This document shows positions 57,449-64,000 of a DNA stretch of 64,000 nt, one piece after another. This DNA comes from Chloroflexota bacterium. Its GTDB lineage: Bacteria > Chloroflexota > Dehalococcoidia > JABGRK01. Position 1 is the stretch's first letter. Each line of letters opens with the position of its first letter. Under the pieces are notes generated by a model. The model saw only the letters and a list, made by a program, of their open reading frames with translations, was not told where the DNA came from and searched no databases. The stretch lies in contig JABGRK010000010.1 in assembly GCA_018648325.1 (NCBI GenBank), positions 200,621 through 264,620 on the forward strand, read 5' to 3'. The position numbers and the translations under genes were made by a program.

Positions 57449-57507
57449 TTTTAGCGCAGGATTCATCCTGCCGGGCTTTGGGGGGCGATCCCCTTTAAGG
57501 AAGATAT

Positions 57508-58140
57508 ATGGCTCGAGTACTTAAAGTAAGACCAACTAAAATAGAGCTGGTGAGATTAAAGCGGCGTCTGTCGCTGGCATCGCGCGTCCAGAAAATCGTC
57601 AAGGACAGGCTCTCTATTCTAACCCTTGAGTTTTTACAGATAGCCCGCGAGTGCGTAAAAGCCAAGGAGAAGCTGCTTTCCGACTTTACCGATAACTATC
57701 AGGCCCTTTCGGTTGCAGTGGGCTACCACGGGCCGATAGCCCTTGAAAAAGAGATAGTGGCAGCAGAGGGTGATGTCTCGATAATGGCCGGATCAAGGAA
57801 TATCGCCGGTGTACGCACGCCTCATATTGAGATGACCGAGGCCTCCAAATCGGTATCCATCGGATACAGCCTGGTAGATACGTCATCATGGCTGGACAAG
57901 AGCGCCGAGTATTCACAAAAAAGCCTTGAGACCATCATCGAACTGGCGGAGTTGCAGCGCAGTCTTGAGCTGCTGGGTATGGAAATTGCCAGAGCCAAGA
58001 GAATTACCAATGCACTGGAGCATGTGCTCATTCCCGGTCTCATTGTTACTATTAAGTATCTGAATATGAAGTTCGAAGAAAGAGAAAGAGAAGAAAAGTC
58101 ACGACTCAAGCGGGTTAAAGTACTGCTGGAAAGACAGTAG
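57508..58140 (+). CDS. atpD: V/A-type ATP synthase subunit D
   Basis: 210 aa, coiled-coil rotor subunit (MARVLKVRPTKIELVRLKRRL). Confidence 0.85.
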   Translation: MARVLKVRPTKIELVRLKRRLSLASRVQKIVKDRLSILTLEFLQIARECVKAKEKLLSDFTDNYQALSVAVGYHGPIALEKEIVAAEGDVSIMAGSRNIAGVRTPHIEMTEASKSVSIGYSLVDTSSWLDKSAEYSQKSLETIIELAELQRSLELLGMEIARAKRITNALEHVLIPGLIVTIKYLNMKFEEREREEKSRLKRVKVLLERQ

Positions 58141-58145
58141 GTGAT

Positions 58146-58580
58146 ATGACGGGAGAAAACTCTTCCGACCGACTTCTTGAGAAGTACTTCAGTACTGAAT
58201 TTCGAGTACTCAATGCCCACCTGCCAAGAGAAAAAAAGTCGCTGGCCAATCTAATAGAAGAAGAACATCCATGCGTGCTACTGAGTGACGGTAGCGCGCA
58301 TTTTTTTAAGCGAAAAGAACTGGACTTGCTGGCCGGTATGCTCACACCCCAGGAGCAGGAAAAGCTGTCACTGCCCATTCTCATCGAAATCAATCCGGGT
58401 CAAAACGAGATCGGCCTTCTGGCAAGCGGTCAGAGTATCGAGGCAAAGGTCCTTGCGCAGGTTATTGGCATGCCTGTGGTTGACGATAAGGGAAAGGTCA
58501 ACCTGTACAAGTCGCAGCTTGGGGAGATAAGAGCAAACCTTCGGACAACCACGCAGTATATTTTTTCAGCAAGGATGTAA
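58146..58580 (+). CDS. Conserved hypothetical protein directly downstream of atpD (possibly DUF61/UPF0216-like; uncertain)
   Basis: 144 aa with a LNAHLPREKKSLANLIEEEHPCVLLSDGSAHFF motif. Family assignment is from memory only. Confidence 0.35.
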   Translation: MTGENSSDRLLEKYFSTEFRVLNAHLPREKKSLANLIEEEHPCVLLSDGSAHFFKRKELDLLAGMLTPQEQEKLSLPILIEINPGQNEIGLLASGQSIEAKVLAQVIGMPVVDDKGKVNLYKSQLGEIRANLRTTTQYIFSARM

Positions 58581-58689
58581 TGTTTGTGTCCGGTCCAAAG
58601 TATGGTGATAATTGGACTTTGCACTCAAAATAGCATAGAATACTCTGCAGCTACACTTCTCTGGAAGATTTGGTTAGGATTAACTTTGT

Positions 58690-59922
58690 ATGGTTAAATT
58701 ACCAGAAAAAGTTATTAAGTCATTTGGTAATTCATATGCCAGTGATTATCCTTATTCAACAAACCCTTTTCTCCTCTGGCTTGCCATGCTGGCCGATTTT
58801 CTGCTGGCGATTGAACCGGTTTGGTTGATACCTATACTGGTATATAGCTATGCGCATACGTTGTCTATTGTACCCGGGCCTTCTTACACGGCGTGGATAG
58901 GTATATCAATAGCGTGTATCCCATTCATTTTGCAGAAGATAAGATGGGGTTATTTCAGTATTCGTTCTGCATTTGAATTACCGGCAGCTCTACTGATAAT
59001 TGGAGCAATAGTTGGGCTGTTGGTATCAATTGACTTTCCTCTTAGCATAAGAACTTTCCAGAGCCTGCTTTTGGGGGCATTGACCTATTATTTGGCCATA
59101 AACTACAAACATCCCAGAGCGCTTATGGTGTCCTTCAGCTTTATATTCTTTCTCCTCTGGCTTGCCATACCTTCTCTTGCGTTGTTACAAAGACTAACGC
59201 TTACTTCCGGACAGCTAACAAGTCCATGGTTGCTCAGGTTGGCGGAATGGCTACCGCAGGTGTCACAGCCGTTAATAGGTGAAGAAGCGATATTGACCCA
59301 GGGATCTACGTACGGTGTGGCATATCCTTTGATGGTATGTGCATCTATATTATTAGGTATAGCTTTTTTTCATAAAAATACGTTTTTGAGAATCGCTAGT
59401 ATACTTATATTCGTCATAGTGGTTGCCATAATGGTCTCTGTGGCAGGGTATTCTATTTCGCGTTTATTCAGTGGTGCTACCGTCGATTCAAGGATGGTCT
59501 TGTGGAAGGATACGGTTCATATGTTAAGACAAAACCCTATAACGGGTTTAGGTTTAGGTATGCCATTACTTTTTACATATGGCTCGTTTGAATCGGAAAT
59601 ACATCATCCACACAACTCTTATCTGGAACTCTATGCAAATGCGGGTCTATTGGGTGTTATTGCGGCTGTTATAGCCTTTATTATTGCCATTGGAATAGCA
59701 AAAAGTATTCTGCGTGCTAATAGAAAAAGTTCATGGTACGGCATAGGTATTGGCCTATTTATGGCGCTACTTTTCTCAGCCTTTTTTAGTTTGGTTGATA
59801 CATTTTTATCCGGCCATATCATCAAATACTCTGGGGGTTACTACTACGTAATGTCACTTGCGCCCTGGATATTGGGCGCAGGTCTGGTAATGAGTCGCCG
59901 GATATTAAATGAGTCGGATTAG
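58690..59922 (+). CDS. O-antigen ligase/Wzy_C-family polymerase-like membrane protein
   Basis: 410 aa, about 10 TM. Periplasmic loop motif HHPHNSYLELYANAGLLG. Confidence 0.6.
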   Translation: MVKLPEKVIKSFGNSYASDYPYSTNPFLLWLAMLADFLLAIEPVWLIPILVYSYAHTLSIVPGPSYTAWIGISIACIPFILQKIRWGYFSIRSAFELPAALLIIGAIVGLLVSIDFPLSIRTFQSLLLGALTYYLAINYKHPRALMVSFSFIFFLLWLAIPSLALLQRLTLTSGQLTSPWLLRLAEWLPQVSQPLIGEEAILTQGSTYGVAYPLMVCASILLGIAFFHKNTFLRIASILIFVIVVAIMVSVAGYSISRLFSGATVDSRMVLWKDTVHMLRQNPITGLGLGMPLLFTYGSFESEIHHPHNSYLELYANAGLLGVIAAVIAFIIAIGIAKSILRANRKSSWYGIGIGLFMALLFSAFFSLVDTFLSGHIIKYSGGYYYVMSLAPWILGAGLVMSRRILNESD

Positions 59923-60056
59923 CGATTGAAATGAGCGCGATTGCGTTTTCATTGATTAATTCTACAAAAAGCTCCATCGGCTACTAACAATCTTTTGTTA
60001 TGCCCCGTTGTGATATACTGAACTGGATCAGCATGAGAGGAGAAAATCATACATAT

Positions 60057-60992
60057 ATGAGAAGGGTTGTTGTTACTGGCGGAGCCGGATTTATAGGGTC
60101 ACATTTGGCTGGGGAGTTGGCTGATAAAGGTTATAACGTTGTTATTCTGGATGATTTATCGACGGGCCATCTTGATAACATAAAGGACTTGTTAAAACGC
60201 AATAACGTTAGTTTTGTTAATGGAAGTATCACAGATCTGCCTTTGCTGAAGGAACAATTCAAAGATACTCAGTATGTATTTCATCATGCAGCTTCAATAA
60301 GTGTGCCCGAGAGTACAGAAAATCCTCAGCTTTATAATGAGAATAATATTGCAGGGACTCTGAACGTACTGATAGCTGCTAAAGATAATAGTGTAAGCAA
60401 AGTAATATTTGCATCATCCTGTGCAGTATATGGTGATACCTCTGAGCTACCTATTACAGAAGCTAATTTACCTGATCCTCTCTCTCCCTATGCTATCACT
60501 AAGTTGACGGGGGAATATTACTGCAAAATTTTCGCAAATGTTTATAATTTGCCTACCGTATGCTTCCGGTATTTCAACGTATACGGACCAAGACAGAGTC
60601 CTGAATCTCAATATGCTGCTGCAATACCCAAATTCATAAAAAAAGCTATAAATAATGAGTCCCCCATTATTTATGGTGATGGCGAGCAAACAAGAGATTT
60701 TGTGTTCATTCGCGACATTGTATCGGCCAATATTCTGGCTGCACAGAGCAATGTCTGTGGAATATACAATGTTGCCAGCGGGGAAAGCGTCTCAATAAAT
60801 GAGGTGTCTGATAGTATTATTAGTCTTACTGGTAACAAACTGGAGCCGGTTTTCGAAAACCGGCGTAGTGGAGATATCAGGGATAGTGCCGCTGATATTA
60901 CTAAGGCTGCTGGTTTTGGGTACAAGCCGGAATGGACAATAGAAAAAGGGCTGAAAATAATCATTGCTCAATATCAGTTGTCTGGCAAATAA
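60057..60992 (+). CDS. NAD-dependent nucleotide-sugar epimerase/dehydratase (GalE/WbpP-like SDR)
   Basis: Start at ATG 60057. GGAGFIGSHL. Catalytic YxxxK (YAITK). Confidence 0.85.
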   Translation: MRRVVVTGGAGFIGSHLAGELADKGYNVVILDDLSTGHLDNIKDLLKRNNVSFVNGSITDLPLLKEQFKDTQYVFHHAASISVPESTENPQLYNENNIAGTLNVLIAAKDNSVSKVIFASSCAVYGDTSELPITEANLPDPLSPYAITKLTGEYYCKIFANVYNLPTVCFRYFNVYGPRQSPESQYAAAIPKFIKKAINNESPIIYGDGEQTRDFVFIRDIVSANILAAQSNVCGIYNVASGESVSINEVSDSIISLTGNKLEPVFENRRSGDIRDSAADITKAAGFGYKPEWTIEKGLKIIIAQYQLSGK

Positions 60993-61285
60993 ACGCCGGA
61001 TTGCACGATTGATCCCGTATTTTGCACCTATAAAAAAAAGCCTCATTGGTTTCTATTACGTTTGTGTTGGTATCATCGTGTAGTCTGACAAAACGCTTTT
61101 GTGCAACTGTTGTAAATACGTTTACCTCTTATGGTCGAACAACTGTTTTATAGCGTCGCTTTTCTTCCCAAATACGTTGCAATCCAATAAAATGTAACAT
61201 ATAATAGGCACACTTACGATTTAAATATAATTTATTATTGATAAAGGGATATGGTTAAGGCTCAAAGGCCTTTTTGTTATAAGTC

Positions 61286-62041
61286 ATGTACAGGAAGGAT
61301 GTTTTGCAGAAGACTTTCACCCAACCTTTAGTAGTTCAAAAACATGAAAAGCACAATGTAATCACAGCTATTCCCTGCTATAATACTGCACAATTCATCT
61401 ATAACATCGTAATCAAAGCCAAAGAGTACTCGGATGAGGTTGTTGTTATTGATGATGGCTCCAGCGACGGCACTTTTGAAAGTGCACAGTCAGCTGGTGC
61501 CCGAATTATACGTCACAAGGTAAACCTTGGCTATGGCGAAGCGATTAAATCCTCCTTCAGATATGCCCAAAAAAGAAAAGCGGATATTCTGGTTATCATA
61601 GACGGTGATGGCCAGCACGATCCGGATGAAATCCCTCTGCTTCTAAATCCGGTACTTAAAGAGCACGTTGACCTGACAATCGGTTCCAGATTTCTGGCTC
61701 ATTCAAAAACCATGCCCTCTTATCGCAGATTCGGAATTCTGCTTATAACCACTCTCTGGAATCTGGGGGCAAGGATACGGGTTTCAGACTCTCAGAGCGG
61801 GTTCAGGGCTTATAACATGAAAAAGTTTATGACCATGAGCTTCAATGAAAACGATATGGGTATAAGCATCGAAATTATAGAGAAAGCAAGGCATCTGAAT
61901 GCTTCCATAAGGGAGGTTCCAGTGTCCTGCACTTATGACCATACAAGAATAGATTCTAATGCATTGTCTCATGGTATTAAGGTTGCTTTTACGGTACTGA
62001 AGATTCGAGTTATGAGGTTTTTAACTTCTATTGCGAAGTGA
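61286..62041 (+). CDS. Family 2 glycosyltransferase (dolichyl/polyprenyl-phosphate sugar transferase-like)
   Basis: Motifs VVVIDDGSSDGT and DGDGQH. Confidence 0.8.
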   Translation: MYRKDVLQKTFTQPLVVQKHEKHNVITAIPCYNTAQFIYNIVIKAKEYSDEVVVIDDGSSDGTFESAQSAGARIIRHKVNLGYGEAIKSSFRYAQKRKADILVIIDGDGQHDPDEIPLLLNPVLKEHVDLTIGSRFLAHSKTMPSYRRFGILLITTLWNLGARIRVSDSQSGFRAYNMKKFMTMSFNENDMGISIEIIEKARHLNASIREVPVSCTYDHTRIDSNALSHGIKVAFTVLKIRVMRFLTSIAK

Positions 62042-63051
62042 GGATGTTTAAAGTAAATTGGAACAACTCTGTTAAAAACTGTGACCACAGTTCGGCCTAT
62101 CATCTTCGCCAGTGGGGTGAGCTGCTGGAGAAGGTACACGGGCATAAACTGATCTACTTGAACCACGGCGATAGTGTTTTCCCCGTTGCTTATGTACAAA
62201 GCCGCATCTTTGGCAATCGTCTGATTTCATTACCCTTTGCTGACTATGGTGGTTTGTGTACCGCTGATAATGATTCCGCGATACAACTGATATTCCGATG
62301 CAGGCAAATCGCCCAGCATCTCAATGTGGATTTCATTGAGATACGAGGCCCTGACCATAAATATTATGACGAACTGCTCGCCCAAGGTTTCATCAGGAGA
62401 GACGAATATCTGACCTTTATATTGAGCCTTGATACTACTCTTGACGCATTGTGGAAGGGTATTGGAGACAAAAACAGGAACATGGTAAGAAGAGCGGAAA
62501 AGAGTAATGTCAGGATTATTGAGGCAAGCAATAAAAATGAACTGAGAGCATTTTATCTGATTTATAGTAAAACCATGAAAAAACTGGGTAGTCCCCCCCA
62601 ACCGTTCTCCTTTTTTGAGTCTATGTGGGATTTATTTTACCCTGATAACCTGAAAATACCACTGGCTATCTGCGATGGAGAATACATAGCTGCAGGAATT
62701 TATCTTCTGCACAACGATACAGTTCATCACGCTTATAGCTGTTCACACATGCAGTATCAGAAACTGGCGCCCAACAATCTGATACAGTGGTATATGATAA
62801 AATGGGCGAACCAGCATGGTTGCAGTAAGTTTGGCTTCGGGCGTAGCAGGCCGGATGAGGGTGGGGTCTTGTTCAAACGGCGCTGGGGAGGCCAAGTCTC
62901 AACTATGCCATATTTCTATAAGTTTTACAAAAAAGAGATGGGTAGCCGTCAGGAAATCAAGTACAGGGGGCTATCGCGATTATGGGCCAGGTATATGCCT
63001 GAGCAACTCGCAGGTCTGATAGGTCCGTGGATTATTAAGCAGATCGGATGA
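62038..63051 (+). CDS. FemAB-family/GNAT-fold acyltransferase-like protein (exopolysaccharide-cluster type)
   Basis: 337 aa. Overlaps the upstream GT2 gene by 4 nt. Weak FemAB-like pattern in the C-terminal half. Confidence 0.5.
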   Translation: MRMFKVNWNNSVKNCDHSSAYHLRQWGELLEKVHGHKLIYLNHGDSVFPVAYVQSRIFGNRLISLPFADYGGLCTADNDSAIQLIFRCRQIAQHLNVDFIEIRGPDHKYYDELLAQGFIRRDEYLTFILSLDTTLDALWKGIGDKNRNMVRRAEKSNVRIIEASNKNELRAFYLIYSKTMKKLGSPPQPFSFFESMWDLFYPDNLKIPLAICDGEYIAAGIYLLHNDTVHHAYSCSHMQYQKLAPNNLIQWYMIKWANQHGCSKFGFGRSRPDEGGVLFKRRWGGQVSTMPYFYKFYKKEMGSRQEIKYRGLSRLWARYMPEQLAGLIGPWIIKQIG

Positions 63052-63055
63052 TATT

Positions 63056-63727
63056 TTGAAAAACGATATCCAAAGCTATCGCAATATATCGCAACATTAC
63101 AATCATCTTTCTGAAGCCGTGAAATGGCAGAAATCTTCTTTGGGGTATTTTCGCGACAGGACTCTTGCTGCTGCTTATTCATTAATTGACTCATATCTGC
63201 AAACCAACAAAGCTGCCATGTTGACGGATATCGGTTGTGGCAGCGGTAGATATATGCTCGATGCCTGTGAACGAAATTTGAGCTATCAGGGGATGGACCC
63301 CAGTAAGATAATGCTGCAACATGCTGCAAAACTGTCACCTGCGGCATGTTTATGTCAGGCCGAGATAACCAGGTTGCCACTCCAGTCTGAAACAAGTGAT
63401 ATAGTAATCTGCATGGGATTACTTGAACACTTGTTGCAGCAAACTTATATGCGGGCTATCAAGGAAATAAGCAGAATAGTTAAACCCGGGGGATTGTTTG
63501 TCTTTGATTTGAGAAATAAATTCAATCCGTTTCTCTGGTGGCAATATAGAAGGGAAAGCAAAGATAATTATACCCTGAGAACTATGACGATACAGGAAAT
63601 GAAGAAATCAATTGAAAGCTACGGGTTCAAAGTTCGCAAAATGGAGTATATCCCCTCTTTTGCTTGCATACTTGCACCTATTATTGTAGTTTCGGCTGAA
63701 AAGAAACAGGAACGATATATTATATGA
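63056..63727 (+). CDS. Class I SAM-dependent methyltransferase
   Basis: Motif I DIGCGSGRY. Acidic loop. Motif post-I. Confidence 0.75.
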   Translation: MKNDIQSYRNISQHYNHLSEAVKWQKSSLGYFRDRTLAAAYSLIDSYLQTNKAAMLTDIGCGSGRYMLDACERNLSYQGMDPSKIMLQHAAKLSPAACLCQAEITRLPLQSETSDIVICMGLLEHLLQQTYMRAIKEISRIVKPGGLFVFDLRNKFNPFLWWQYRRESKDNYTLRTMTIQEMKKSIESYGFKVRKMEYIPSFACILAPIIVVSAEKKQERYII

Positions 63728-64000
63728 TCAACGCTCTCAGTTTTGATCTGGAATACTGGTACTCTGCGGAGTACGTATCAAGGCACATATCCGATCAGGA
63801 TAAACATGCTGATCAGATTGTTCAACCCGTCGCACAAATATTGCGTTTACTGGATAAGTACAATGCAAAGGCTACATTCTTTGTGCTGGGTGAGCTGGCG
63901 CAGAAACATCCCCAGGTCGTAAAGGAAATTTTTTGCAAAGGCCATGAGATAGCTTCACACGGATACTCCCATAAATTTCTTGGCGCCCTTGGCCCAGAGC
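63724..64000 (+). CDS. Polysaccharide deacetylase (NodB/CE4), 5' portion; continues beyond the window
   Basis: ATG overlaps the upstream stop (ATGA). Motifs FDLEYW (FDDG-like) and HGYSH. Confidence 0.7.
   Translation, partial: MINALSFDLEYWYSAEYVSRHISDQDKHADQIVQPVAQILRLLDKYNAKATFFVLGELAQKHPQVVKEIFCKGHEIASHGYSHKFLGALGPE

Noticed and set aside
1-64000. CRISPR arrays, restriction-modification or toxin-antitoxin pairs
   Set aside because: No short regularly spaced direct repeats, no methyltransferase/endonuclease pair and no canonical small two-gene TA cassette were seen. The only repeat family found is the four-copy intergenic element, which is irregularly spaced and not array-like.

Overview
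This 64 kb window is a bacterial chromosomal segment: genes have GGAGG-type ribosome-binding sites, several encode lipobox lipoproteins, and both tRNAs are bacterial in form. The taxon is not resolved. The sequence supports the following gene content, in order. First come a 3' HAD hydrolase fragment, ubiE/menG, a DUF4382-Ig-repeat-cupredoxin lipoprotein with its terminator, and crcB (fluoride channel). A small minus-strand redox/zinc-ribbon cluster follows, including an unannotated 42-aa desulforedoxin-like ORF. Next are two paralogous lipoprotein genes that arose by segmental duplication. After them sits a minus-strand btuFCD-type ABC importer, preceded by a clear cobalamin riboswitch with its terminator. 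A multi-PAS sensor histidine kinase follows. An AT-rich, accessory-looking block runs from about 14.7 to 25.1 kb. It holds a 1084-aa FG-GAP repeat surface protein with an ABC exporter, a TPR lipoprotein, tRNA-Ala(UGC), an IS1-family transposase and several small basic or membrane ORFs. Four copies of a roughly 50-nt intergenic repeat occur within it. Downstream are a GntR(YtrA) regulator with a DUF1648 membrane protein, and a 1382-aa membrane spermidine-synthase-like/TPR protein. Then comes a TetR regulator with a 1388-aa fused BadF/BcrAD-type activase plus HgdB-like protein, followed by a wHTH/Fe-S protein and a Pat-like (ACD-GNAT) acyl-CoA synthetase/acetyltransferase. These are followed by tRNA-Ala(GGC), glmS, and an Mrr-N wHTH protein carrying 5 two-helix membrane repeats. 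A zur-znuACB operon follows, with divergent promoters and a candidate Zur box. A complete 9-gene V/A-type ATPase operon (H-I-K-E-C-F-A-B-D order) comes next, and the window ends with the start of a polysaccharide/glycan biosynthesis cluster. No CRISPR array and no obvious restriction-modification or toxin-antitoxin system was seen. The candidates most worth a second look are the repeated intergenic element, the TetR-activase-FeS-Pat gene neighbourhood, the Mrr-N repeat membrane protein, and the promoter-to-terminator leader upstream of the ATPase operon.
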